Source: Candidatus Poribacteria bacterium
GTDB lineage: Bacteria; Poribacteria; WGA-4E; WGA-3G
Direction: 5' to 3'
Assembly (NCBI GenBank): GCA_965198235.1
Contig: OZ240248.1
Coordinates: forward strand, 4,064,001 to 4,128,000
DNA: 64,000 bases
Below are positions 30,419 through 40,120 of the stretch, in pieces. Numbering within the stretch: the stretch's first letter is position 1; each line of letters begins with the position of its first letter. Made by a program: the position numbers and the translations under genes. The notes under the pieces are model-generated. The model worked only from the letters and a program-made list of their open reading frames with translations. It was not told the origin of the DNA and made no database searches.

Positions 30419-31357
30419 ATGGAGAATTTCTTAACAACTGAACACATAACTCCACCACAACTGACGAATCCTTCTTTCTCGGGTCATCAGACTTTTCCGT
30501 TTCGGTATACATGGCTGAAAAAAGGTGTTGATGCTGTAATAGAAAATCCGACTGTCTTTTCATCGGAAGATGCCTCCGTTACTTTAGGCGTTGGAAAAAA
30601 CATGGTAAGCTCTATTCGACATTGGTGTACCGTCGCTAGACTCATTAAGGCGGATCCGCACCAGCGTAGAAGGCTTGTTCCGACTGAACTCGGCAAAGCC
30701 ATTTTTAACGACAAAAATGGCTTTGATCCATACCTTGACGATCCAGCAACCCTGTGGCTGATTCACTGGCAGATCACAACGAACATCAACCAAGCAACTG
30801 CATGGTATTGGGCATTTAACGTTTTGAGAAAAAATCAATTCACATCCGATACATTTAAAAAACAAGTGTCCGAGTGGACACAGCAACATAAAGCCTCCGC
30901 GCGACCGGTCTCTGACAACACACTTCAACGGGATATCCATTGCTTTATCCGAACCTACTGCCAGTCACGTCATACCACTGCCGTAGTCGAGGAGAGCTTT
31001 GACTGTCCGCTCGCCGAACTTAACCTAATCGCCGAATCACCAGAAGGTAATGGGTATGAATTCCAACGAGGAGAAAAAGAGACACTATCGTTTGAAGTTT
31101 TTACAGCGACGCTCGTCGCATTTTGGGATCTTTGTTTTTTGGGCAGGGATGCCTTACCATTTTCAGACCTGATGTATGCCCCCTTAAGTCCCGGACGAAT
31201 CTTCAGGTTAGACGAAGACACAATGACAGCATATCTTGAAAACCTTACGCAACTTACTAATGAAGCCCTGCAATACGATGAAACCGCAGGTTTGAAACAG
31301 GTCTATCGACGGGACAATCTAAACCTGATGAAACTCTTAGAGAGGCATTATGGATAA
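30419..31357 (+). CDS. sspB: DUF4007 protein, SspB-like
   Basis: FSGHQTFPFRYTWLKKG, LGVGKNMVSSIRHW, DPYLDDPATLWLIHW, CPLAELNLI, ETAGLKQ; context with an ATPase and a PAPS-reductase-like gene. Confidence 0.85.
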   Translation: MENFLTTEHITPPQLTNPSFSGHQTFPFRYTWLKKGVDAVIENPTVFSSEDASVTLGVGKNMVSSIRHWCTVARLIKADPHQRRRLVPTELGKAIFNDKNGFDPYLDDPATLWLIHWQITTNINQATAWYWAFNVLRKNQFTSDTFKKQVSEWTQQHKASARPVSDNTLQRDIHCFIRTYCQSRHTTAVVEESFDCPLAELNLIAESPEGNGYEFQRGEKETLSFEVFTATLVAFWDLCFLGRDALPFSDLMYAPLSPGRIFRLDEDTMTAYLENLTQLTNEALQYDETAGLKQVYRRDNLNLMKLLERHYG

Positions 31358-34300
31358 CACCCCTTTGTCAAAACTTTTTCAGATTAAGGGTCGTTTTAAG
31401 CGTTCAGTTCATCTGGAACGCGATTTCTACACGGAGAACGCCTTAGATGGGTACATTTTGACCGTTACCGCGCGCGAGATGCTATCGCGTGTCATTGCGA
31501 CGCTTGAAAATGAGACAACATCGAAAGTTTGGTCCCTCACCGGTCCTTACGGGTCAGGAAAATCAGCATTTGCACTTTTCATAGCGAAACTCCTCGGAGA
31601 TCCTAATATTCCCGCAACTCGACAGGCTTTAAAAGTCTTAAAAGATGGAGATACCGCACTACATAAGCAATTTATGGATGCAAAGCTTAACGGAAATTGG
31701 TCGTTATCGGGATTTTGTCCTGTGCTTATCTCTGGAGAGCGCGCCCCACTCTCAATTGCCCTTCTGCGTGGTTTAGAACAAGGACTCAAAACCTCTGAAT
31801 TTCTGTCTGTTGGCTCACTTCAACGGAAGATCAGAAAACTATTGAGAACAGCAGCGAACGGCACACCTCCACAGGCATCTGAAATTACTGCTCTTTTTGA
31901 ATTAGCAACGAGTACTATTGGGGAAAACGGTGGCCAGGGTTTACTATTAGTGATCGATGAACTTGGCAAGTTCCTCGAGTATGCTGCACAAGACCCTGTA
32001 CAAGGCGATATTTTTGCGCTACAAACTCTTGCTGAATTTGCTACACGAAGTGAGCAAACACCACTATTCTTACTGACAATTCTTCATCAAGCCTTTGAAC
32101 AGTATGCAAGTAAAGCAGCCAAATCGCAACAGGAAGAGTGGGCAAAAATACAGGGACGGTTTGAAGATATAGCATTTATGGAACCTACAGAACAGGTACT
32201 CCGTCTGATCGGTTCTGCTATCGAAAGGACTTCAGAAGGTAAAGAAGAAAATTTATCTTTGCCCATTCAATTCGACCTCAAACCGAGCCAACTTACCCAG
32301 GACGAATTTAGCGAACTCCTGAGAAACTGCTTGCCACTCCATCCAACCGTTGTACTTGTTATAGATTCAATTTTCCGGCGATTCGGACAGAATGAACGTT
32401 CCCTCTTTGCCTTCCTCAGTTCAAGCGAACCTCATGGACTCCAAGACTTTCTTTTTAATCAGCGTTACAACAGAGATACATTACCTCTGTTCTCAATCGC
32501 CGACCTGTACGATTACCTCAAGACTAATATGGGGAATCGGCTGTATATCTCACACAATAGCAAGAAGTGGGCAGAAATTGAATCAGCAATAGGTCGACTG
32601 TCAGACTCATCCGCTATGTCAGCTAAGCTGATTAAAACGATCGGGATACTTGGCATCGTTGGTGAATCAATTCCAAATCTGAAAGCCTCAGAACCGATGC
32701 TCCGTTACACGTTAGATGATAAAACAAAAGGGTTTGCCCATGAATTTGAGACAGCACTTACCACGCTGAAGGAGCGTTCAATTGCCATTTATCGCCGTTA
32801 CAATAAGGCTTACGCGCTTTGGCAAGGAAGTGACATCGACATTGAAGCAAAACTCCGTGAGGCAGAAGGAAGCGTTTATACAAAAGCCAACCTCGCCACA
32901 ACTTTGTCGCGCTATCTGCCGATACGTCCCCTCGTCGCCCGACGACATCTATTTGAAACAGGCACCTTTCGTCATTTTGCCCTTCGGTACACCGATCTTG
33001 AAAACTTTGATGCGGATATTAAAAAGCCACTTGGTGATGCAGATGGATTTGTGCTCTACACGCTTCCAGCAAATGAATATGAAGTTAACCAATTAGTTGA
33101 AAAGGCAAGTGAGGATGCTCTTGCTTCCCTTCAAGAGGTGTTAATTGCAATCCCCCAAGCTATAGGCACTCTACAAGATGCTGTTACCCAACTCACCCAC
33201 CTATATTGGGTTTCCGAGAACACACCTGAATTAGAAGGAGATCAAATAGCAAGACTTGAACTCTCAGTGCAGCAAATACAAGCGGAAAAGGAAGTGTCTG
33301 ATAGACTAACAACAATCTTTGGCAAAGACAGTAAAAATGCTTGTACATGGTACCACCAGGGACAGCCCGTAAACATTAACTCTCAACGCTCAAAAAACGC
33401 TTACCTCTCAAAAATCTGTGATGATATCTACGATAAGACCCCCATTATTCGGAACGAACTAGTCAACCGACGGGAAATCTCTCGTGCCGCAACAACAGCA
33501 AGAAAGAAATTAATTCAAGCGATGCTTGAGAGTGATGATCAGAGAAATCTCAGAATCATGGGTTACCCTCCTGAAATGAGCATCTACCGCTCCCTCTTAT
33601 GGAAGACCGGAATACATCGCGAAGCCTCAGGTGTATGGGGATTTTACCCACCCAAAACAGGCGATAAGAACAGAATGGAGTACACCTGGAAAGCAATCGA
33701 GGCGTTTCTTACTGAGTGTGAAGGGAAACGACAACCTATTGAAGCACTCTATAAACGTCTGATGGCACCGCCACTCGGTGTGCGAAATGGTCCACTGCCT
33801 ATTCTTTTGTGTGCTGCGATGATGCATTACAAAACCGAAATTGCGCTCTACGAAAACGGTTCTTTTATACCAGACTGGTCAATGCCAGTTTTTGAAAGAC
33901 TGCTCAAAGTGCCTCAACAATTTGAACTGAAACGTTTTCAAATAGCAGGTATCCGTGCAAATCTGTTAGCACAATTTTTGGAGAGACTCAATCAACCAAT
34001 GGCGGTAGAAGACTCTGATTTGTTGATGGTCGTCACGCCACTTATTCGCTCTATAGCACAACTTCCAAAGTACGCACTAACAACACAAGAATTGAGTGAC
34101 ACCTCAAAAAATGTAAGGGAAGCCATTCTGAATGCGCGTGAACCCGACGAACTCCTCTTTAACCAATTGCCTGAAGCACTCGGATTCCCTGTCTTTGGCA
34201 CAGAAACAGCAATAGATGCAAAGGTTGTTTCGGATTTCTTCACCACACTGCAAGACGCTCTGTCCGAGTTAGAGCAGGCTTACGAAGTGCTACTGAACTC

Positions 34301-34847
34301 CATTGAGCAGTTGCTCGCGAAAGCCTTCAATTTGACCCCGAAGAAAGAAGAACTCCAAACAGAATTGGTCGCCAGAGCTGAGCCCTTGTTAGAAATAGTA
34401 ATCGAAACTGATTTTAAAGGGTTTTTAATTCATATCTGTAGCAGCGGACATGATTTCACCAGTTGGCTTGAGGCAATTTCAACCTATCTTACCAAAAAAA
34501 CACCTGCATCGTGGGTAGACTTGGATAAAGCACAATTTCAAAGCAATCTCTCTCAATTCACGAGGAAATTTCGGCATTTTGAAGCGGTGTCTTACGAAAA
34601 ATGGGAGCATACTGAATTATCAGCAGGTGAGCCAATTCGCATCGGCATTACAAGACCTAAACACCCCGAACAGGAACAGGTTGTCATTTTGCCTTCAACT
34701 GCTGAGGAACAAGTAAATAAATTGGAACGCGCAATTGAGAAAGCTTCTGACGAAATTGATACAGATGGAAACCTTGAATTCCGTCTTGCAGTTTTAGCAC
34801 GAATCTCGCAAAAATTGATGTCCAAGGATAAACAAGAAACATCTTGA
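31350..34847 (+). CDS. sspC: Large ATP-binding protein, SspC-like
   Basis: RFKRSVHLERD, Walker A TGPYGSGKS, Walker B LVIDELGKFLE, EWAKIQGRF, FGQNERSLFAFL; overlaps the sspB stop. Confidence 0.8.
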   Translation: MDNTPLSKLFQIKGRFKRSVHLERDFYTENALDGYILTVTAREMLSRVIATLENETTSKVWSLTGPYGSGKSAFALFIAKLLGDPNIPATRQALKVLKDGDTALHKQFMDAKLNGNWSLSGFCPVLISGERAPLSIALLRGLEQGLKTSEFLSVGSLQRKIRKLLRTAANGTPPQASEITALFELATSTIGENGGQGLLLVIDELGKFLEYAAQDPVQGDIFALQTLAEFATRSEQTPLFLLTILHQAFEQYASKAAKSQQEEWAKIQGRFEDIAFMEPTEQVLRLIGSAIERTSEGKEENLSLPIQFDLKPSQLTQDEFSELLRNCLPLHPTVVLVIDSIFRRFGQNERSLFAFLSSSEPHGLQDFLFNQRYNRDTLPLFSIADLYDYLKTNMGNRLYISHNSKKWAEIESAIGRLSDSSAMSAKLIKTIGILGIVGESIPNLKASEPMLRYTLDDKTKGFAHEFETALTTLKERSIAIYRRYNKAYALWQGSDIDIEAKLREAEGSVYTKANLATTLSRYLPIRPLVARRHLFETGTFRHFALRYTDLENFDADIKKPLGDADGFVLYTLPANEYEVNQLVEKASEDALASLQEVLIAIPQAIGTLQDAVTQLTHLYWVSENTPELEGDQIARLELSVQQIQAEKEVSDRLTTIFGKDSKNACTWYHQGQPVNINSQRSKNAYLSKICDDIYDKTPIIRNELVNRREISRAATTARKKLIQAMLESDDQRNLRIMGYPPEMSIYRSLLWKTGIHREASGVWGFYPPKTGDKNRMEYTWKAIEAFLTECEGKRQPIEALYKRLMAPPLGVRNGPLPILLCAAMMHYKTEIALYENGSFIPDWSMPVFERLLKVPQQFELKRFQIAGIRANLLAQFLERLNQPMAVEDSDLLMVVTPLIRSIAQLPKYALTTQELSDTSKNVREAILNAREPDELLFNQLPEALGFPVFGTETAIDAKVVSDFFTTLQDALSELEQAYEVLLNSIEQLLAKAFNLTPKKEELQTELVARAEPLLEIVIETDFKGFLIHICSSGHDFTSWLEAISTYLTKKTPASWVDLDKAQFQSNLSQFTRKFRHFEAVSYEKWEHTELSAGEPIRIGITRPKHPEQEQVVILPSTAEEQVNKLERAIEKASDEIDTDGNLEFRLAVLARISQKLMSKDKQETS

Positions 34848-34872
34848 TATCTCGGGAAGTATATGGTACAAT
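34844..34872 (+). promoter_or_regulatory. Internal promoter for sspD
   Basis: TTGATA-N17-TACAAT with extended -10 TG; AGGAGG RBS before 34914. Confidence 0.5.
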
Positions 34873-34913
34873 TGGGAACATAGAGTTACAAAACAACTAC
34901 CTCAGGAGGAAAC

Positions 34914-35795
34914 ATGGCACAAAAAGTTCGCCATCTGCTCGGCCTCTCCGGTGGTAAAGACAGTTCTGCCCTCGCTGTCTACATGAGGGATAGGGTGCCT
35001 GAGATGGAATACTTCTTTTCTGACACCGGTAAGGAGTTGCCAGAGACCTATGAGTTTTTGGATCGGTTAGAGGTATTCCTCGGCAAACCGATTGTCCGCC
35101 TTAACATGGACCCGGATCCCAATACCAACCGAGATTTCGATCACTGGCTGACAGTATACGAAGGTCTGCTCCCGTCGTCTCAGGTCCGCTGGTGCACCGT
35201 TGACCTCAAAATCAAACCATTTGAGGCGTACGTGGGCGAAGATAAAGCATATCATTACATCGCTATCCGCGCCGACGAAGATCGTGTCGGTTATAAACCG
35301 CCGAAGATTTCCTCCCTTCGCAATATCAAACCCAAATACCCATTCAAACAGGATGGCATCACCAAAGAGGATGTCTACCGAATTTTGGAGGAAAGCGGTA
35401 TCGGTTTGCCTGACTATTACAAGTGGCGGACGCGTTCGGGGTGTTACTTCTGTTTTTTCCAGCGCAAATCCGAGTGGGTAGGACTGTTAGAGCAACATCC
35501 AGACCTCTTTGAACGCGCCAAGGAATACGAAAAACCCAATCCAAAATCAAAGACAGGAGAATTATTTACGTGGTGTCAGGGTGAAACTTTAGAAGAGTTG
35601 TCTAAACCAGAACGGATAGCAGAGATCAAGGCAAATACCGAAAAGGCGATAGAAGATAAGAAAAAAGCAATAGAGGACAAGAAAATGACTAAACCAAATC
35701 AAACCCTGATGCAAATTCTCACCCGAGCTGAAATCCTTACTGAGGTGCTTGACGATGAGGATGATGAAGAACCGTGTTTGATTTGTCATAAGTAA
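34914..35795 (+). CDS. sspD: PAPS-reductase-family protein, SspD-like (phosphorothioation)
   Basis: PP-loop SGGKDS, DTGKELPETY, RWCT..LKIKP, RSGCYFCFFQ, C-terminal PCLICHK. Confidence 0.85.
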   Translation: MAQKVRHLLGLSGGKDSSALAVYMRDRVPEMEYFFSDTGKELPETYEFLDRLEVFLGKPIVRLNMDPDPNTNRDFDHWLTVYEGLLPSSQVRWCTVDLKIKPFEAYVGEDKAYHYIAIRADEDRVGYKPPKISSLRNIKPKYPFKQDGITKEDVYRILEESGIGLPDYYKWRTRSGCYFCFFQRKSEWVGLLEQHPDLFERAKEYEKPNPKSKTGELFTWCQGETLEELSKPERIAEIKANTEKAIEDKKKAIEDKKMTKPNQTLMQILTRAEILTEVLDDEDDEEPCLICHK

Positions 35796-35814
35796 TGCCA
35801 TAGAGAACCCACAA

Positions 35815-35952
35815 GTGGATAGAGATTTATTCTTCAGAAATTAGAAACTTGAAACCATAACATAGAGATGGGAAAAGGTATATCGTAAAATGTTGTCAGT
35901 CCTATATCCAGCCGGAAAATTGCTATGCAATAAAAAGCAGCTTATTCCATAA
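35815..35952 (+). pseudogene. Heavily decayed N-terminus of a probable SBD-type PT-dependent HNH endonuclease
   Basis: Mosaic reading across frameshifts: MDR-FILQKLET-KP*HRDGKRY-RKMLSVLYPAGKLLCNKKQLIP*, resembling the recalled RAPHKPLLxLYAIGKL...LIPY pattern. Confidence 0.4.
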
Positions 35953-36168
35953 TTGAATTGTAATACCGTGTTCGATTCAATTGGTTCGACTCACCCAAAA
36001 TTCCCAACATACGATATAACAATAACCAAAGAATATCACAGATCGAAAAACGGGAGACAACACTCCATTCCGCTTTTTGCGAAGTCAGGAACTCTCACCA
36101 GCAACATCTATCCTGACACATTCCACATACCTTCAAATCTCACCATAAATATCCCTACCCAAAAATTC

Positions 36169-36400
36169 AATATTCCCCTTGACTTTATGCTTTATATATG
36201 TTATACGTATAGTATATTATGCTAACGATTTGAAGAAAACCAAAATCGAAAATGTTACACTTTTCGTCAAATTATTTTTTTCACAACGAAAATTTACAAA
36301 AAACGGTCATGAACCCTTACGGTTACTGGATTCCATGCCAATAACCAATGTACACAAAATGTTACACTGGTGTAACATTTTAAGGGGAATTTCCATGTAA
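36169..36400 (+). repeat. ~240-bp direct repeat, copy 1
   Basis: Aligns with 39861-40120; contains a promoter, AAAATGTTACACT, GAACCC-N11-GGATTC and the palindrome AAAATGTTACAC-TG-GTGTAACATTTT. Confidence 0.85.
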
Positions 36401-36616
36401 TTCCCAGTCAGAACCAGTTAGGACACAAACAGCCAAAAATCCGCGTGATCCGCGTAATCCGTGATTCAGACAACCGATAACCCACAACCACATCGAAGAG
36501 AAACAACAATCCTGTAAATCCTGATTCAGACAATCCTAAAATTCTCCTCGCAATTTCGTATGACTCCGTTTATAATGTGGTATCGTTCTTATGCCAACAA
36601 CACACGGAGAAAATAG

Positions 36617-39600
36617 ATGTCCGACCTGAACATCAAGCCTACGCATAAACCTATCAAAACCTACTACGCCGAACTCGAAAAATACGCGCAACTCGGTGAA
36701 GAAAACGAAGGTACCGTCCGCGCCGCATTCCAAAACCTTCTCCAACATTATTGCCACCAATCCGACTTCACACTGCTCTGTGAAAAGACACGCGCCGCCT
36801 CTGATACAGGGACCCAAGGCGGTTACAGACGCATTCGACCGGACGGGGAAGTCGTAGATGCCTTCGGACTGCCACACGGCTACTGGGAAGCCAAAGATAC
36901 ACAAGACGACCTCCGCCTTGAAGCGTCCAAGAAGTTTGCTGCAGGTTATCCGTCGAAAAATATTGTTGTGCAGTCACCCACCCACGCCCTCCTCTATCAG
37001 GATGGGCAGCTGCAGCTCGATGTGGACATCACCGATCCGAGAAACCTCGTCCGTATGCTACAGACCTTCTTTGCGTATCAGGAGGCAAATATCTCGGCAT
37101 GGCATGCGGCAGTCTCCGAATTCAGAGAGACGGTGCCGGAACTCGGCGAAAAGTTGGCAGCACTCATCGAAACAGAACGTCAAAACAATCCACACTTCCG
37201 AGAGGCGTTCACCAATTTCCATCAGCAGTGCCAAGCCTCCATTAATCCAAACCTCTCGATTGCCGCTGTAGAGGAGATGCTCATTCAACATCTCCTGACG
37301 GAGCGGATTTTCGCTACCGTTTTCAAGAACCGTGATTTCACTCGCCGTAACATTATTGCCAGGGACATCGAGAAAGTGATTGATGTGCTGACAGAGCATG
37401 CCCTGAACCGCGACCAATTTCTTCAAAGTTTGGATCCGTTCTACGTTGCGATTGAGAAAACCGCGGCGACTATCACGGATTTCTCACAAAAACAGGGATT
37501 CCTCAACGCCGTCTACGAGCAGTTTTTTCAAGGCTTCTCCGTCAAGGTCGCCGATACACACGGTATTGTCTACACACCGCAGCCGATCGTCGACTTTATG
37601 GTGAAAAGCGTCGAGCATATCCTACAGACCGAATTTAACCGCTCACTTTCAGAGAGCGACGTGAATATCATTGACCCATTTGTTGGCACGGGTAACTTCA
37701 TCGTGCGTATCATGCAGGCACTCGATCCCATTTCGTTAGAGCGAAAATACACTGCTAATCCGCCGGAACTCCAGTGCAACGAGGTGATGCTGCTGCCCTA
37801 CTACATCGCCTGTCTCAACATAGAACAACAATTTTACGCCGCAACGAACCGATACGCCCCTTATGAAGGTATCTGTCTGGTGGACACGTTTGAGATGGCA
37901 GAAGAACGACAGATACAGATGTTTACGCCTGCCAATACAGAGCGTGTTGAGAAACAGAAGCAGACACCGATGTTCGTCGTTATCGGTAACCCGCCCTATA
38001 ACGCAGGACAGATCAACGAAAACGATAACAACAAGAATCGGGAATATGAGACGATGGATGAACGGATCGCGGACACTTACGCGAAAGACTCCAAAGCGAC
38101 CCTGAGAAATAAACTCTACGATCCCTATGTCAAAGCCATCCGATGGGCTTTGGATAGAATTGGCGATGAGGGGATTGTCGCTTTTGTGACAAACAACAGC
38201 TTTCTCGACGGGGTCGCATTTGACGGCATGCGAAAACACCTCGCCGCAGACTGCGACGCGATCTATATTCTGGATTTAGGAGGGAACGCAAGAAAGGGAT
38301 TGAAGGTCTCCGATGCGAATGTGTTCGGCATTCGTGTAGGGGTGAGCATCAATCTATTTGTGAAAAATAGGCAGAATCCATCAGAACCACCTCGTATTTT
38401 TTACTACTGCACAGATGATTTATGGAACAGAAAACAGAAATTTGATTTTCTGAATGAACGAGAGCACGCGGGCAGAATTGAATGGCAAAATATCCAACCG
38501 GATGCGCGACATACGTGGCTCAGCGAAGGTCTCCACGCTGAATTTGAAACCTTTATTCCGATGGGAAGTAAGGCAGCAAAGACGGTAAAAGATGACCCCA
38601 CAGATGTAATATTCAAAACCTATAGCAACGGCGTAAAGACCAATCGTGATGCGTGGGTTTACAATTTCAACCGAAACGTGCTGACAGAGAACATAAAGAG
38701 AATGATTGAAAATTACAACGCGGAAGTTGCTCGGTGGGTGCAACGGACAGATCGAGAGACTAAACTTGATAATTATGTCGTTTCCGATGACACGAAAATC
38801 AAGTGGAGTCGTGATTTAAAAGTGAAATTAGACCGAGGAACAACGTCCGAATATACTGAACACAAGGTAAGAACAGCCCTCTATCGTCCGTTTACGAAAT
38901 CCAACCTCTACTTTGACCGAACAATGAGTGATGTGGTCTCCGTATTTCCATCTATTTTTCCCACACTTTATACAGAAACGGAAAATCGGGTGATATGGCT
39001 TAAAGTCGGCAAAGAGTGGCCGATGTTTGGACTGATGGCCAACCAATTTCCTGATCAGTTGCCACAAGGGGGTTCTCAATGCTTCCCTTTCTATACCTAT
39101 GACGAAGACGGCACAAACCGCCAAGAAAACATTACCGATTGGGCATTGACACAATTCCAAACGCACTACAAGGATAATGCCATCACCAAGTGGGACATCT
39201 TCCACTACAACTACGGCATCTTACACCATCCCGACTACCGTGAGAAGTATGCCGCCAACCTCAAGCGTGATCTGCCCCATATCCCCTTCACTGATGATTT
39301 CTGGGAATTTGCAAAGGCAGGTGCGCGCCTCGCAGACCTCCACGTCAACTACGAATCTCAACCTGAATATAGCGATCTCAAATTCATTCAGAACCGCGAT
39401 GTTCCGCTTAATTGGCGCGTTGAGAAGATGAAACTCTCAAAAGATAAAACCTCGCTTATCTACAACAACTTCCTAACGATAGCCGGTATTCCCATAAAGG
39501 CTTTTGACTATCGGCTTGGCACCCGCTCCGCGTTAGAATGGGTAATAGACCAGTATCGCGTGAAAACCGATAAACGGAGCGGTATCGTCAACGATCCGAA

Positions 39601-39709
39601 CCGTGCCGACGATCCGCAGTACATCGTCAAGTTGATTGGGAAAGTGACAACAGTAAGTTGGGAGACAGTGGACATTGTAAACGAACTGCCGGCGTTAGAC
39701 CTTCGCTAA
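36617..39709 (+). CDS. Type ISP/IIG-like restriction-modification enzyme without helicase
   Basis: N-terminal RPDG...GYWEAK (PD-(D/E)xK); MTase GIVYTP, IIDPFVGTGNF and IGNPPY; ISP-type C-terminus (GVKTNRDAWVY, YRPF, RSALEWVIDQY). Confidence 0.88.
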   Translation: MSDLNIKPTHKPIKTYYAELEKYAQLGEENEGTVRAAFQNLLQHYCHQSDFTLLCEKTRAASDTGTQGGYRRIRPDGEVVDAFGLPHGYWEAKDTQDDLRLEASKKFAAGYPSKNIVVQSPTHALLYQDGQLQLDVDITDPRNLVRMLQTFFAYQEANISAWHAAVSEFRETVPELGEKLAALIETERQNNPHFREAFTNFHQQCQASINPNLSIAAVEEMLIQHLLTERIFATVFKNRDFTRRNIIARDIEKVIDVLTEHALNRDQFLQSLDPFYVAIEKTAATITDFSQKQGFLNAVYEQFFQGFSVKVADTHGIVYTPQPIVDFMVKSVEHILQTEFNRSLSESDVNIIDPFVGTGNFIVRIMQALDPISLERKYTANPPELQCNEVMLLPYYIACLNIEQQFYAATNRYAPYEGICLVDTFEMAEERQIQMFTPANTERVEKQKQTPMFVVIGNPPYNAGQINENDNNKNREYETMDERIADTYAKDSKATLRNKLYDPYVKAIRWALDRIGDEGIVAFVTNNSFLDGVAFDGMRKHLAADCDAIYILDLGGNARKGLKVSDANVFGIRVGVSINLFVKNRQNPSEPPRIFYYCTDDLWNRKQKFDFLNEREHAGRIEWQNIQPDARHTWLSEGLHAEFETFIPMGSKAAKTVKDDPTDVIFKTYSNGVKTNRDAWVYNFNRNVLTENIKRMIENYNAEVARWVQRTDRETKLDNYVVSDDTKIKWSRDLKVKLDRGTTSEYTEHKVRTALYRPFTKSNLYFDRTMSDVVSVFPSIFPTLYTETENRVIWLKVGKEWPMFGLMANQFPDQLPQGGSQCFPFYTYDEDGTNRQENITDWALTQFQTHYKDNAITKWDIFHYNYGILHHPDYREKYAANLKRDLPHIPFTDDFWEFAKAGARLADLHVNYESQPEYSDLKFIQNRDVPLNWRVEKMKLSKDKTSLIYNNFLTIAGIPIKAFDYRLGTRSALEWVIDQYRVKTDKRSGIVNDPNRADDPQYIVKLIGKVTTVSWETVDIVNELPALDLR

Positions 39710-39860
39710 ATCAGGAAACACATCAAACAAAAAACACAAAAGTGTGATACAATCTTCCGCTATGTTTATCTCCTAAGATATACGCAAGATTGGCAAAACA
39801 CGCCAATCCGCGTCATCCGCGTCATCCGTGTAATCCGCGATTCAGACAACTAAACAATTG

Positions 39861-40120
39861 AATATTCCCTTGATTTTTTGCTTTATATATGTTATACTTA
39901 AAATATAATAGCAATTTAAAGAAAACGAAAAAACGAAGCAATCTAACGGAACAGTCGACAACCATAATCGCAAAATGTTACACTTTGCACCAAATTATTT
40001 TTTTCCACAACGGAGATTTACAAAAAAACGCCTCTGAACCCTTACAGTTACTGGACTCCATGCCAATAACCACCGCACACCAAATGTTACACTGGTGTAA
40101 CATTTTAAGGAGAATTCTCA
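39861..40120 (+). repeat. ~240-bp direct repeat, copy 2
   Basis: Same elements as 36169-36400, with a short insertion. Confidence 0.85.

Noticed and set aside
30419-35795. BREX type 4, or a sulfate-assimilation cysH gene
   Set aside because: No PglZ or BrxL and no cys genes in the window; the DUF4007-ATPase-PAPS reductase order fits SspBCD better.
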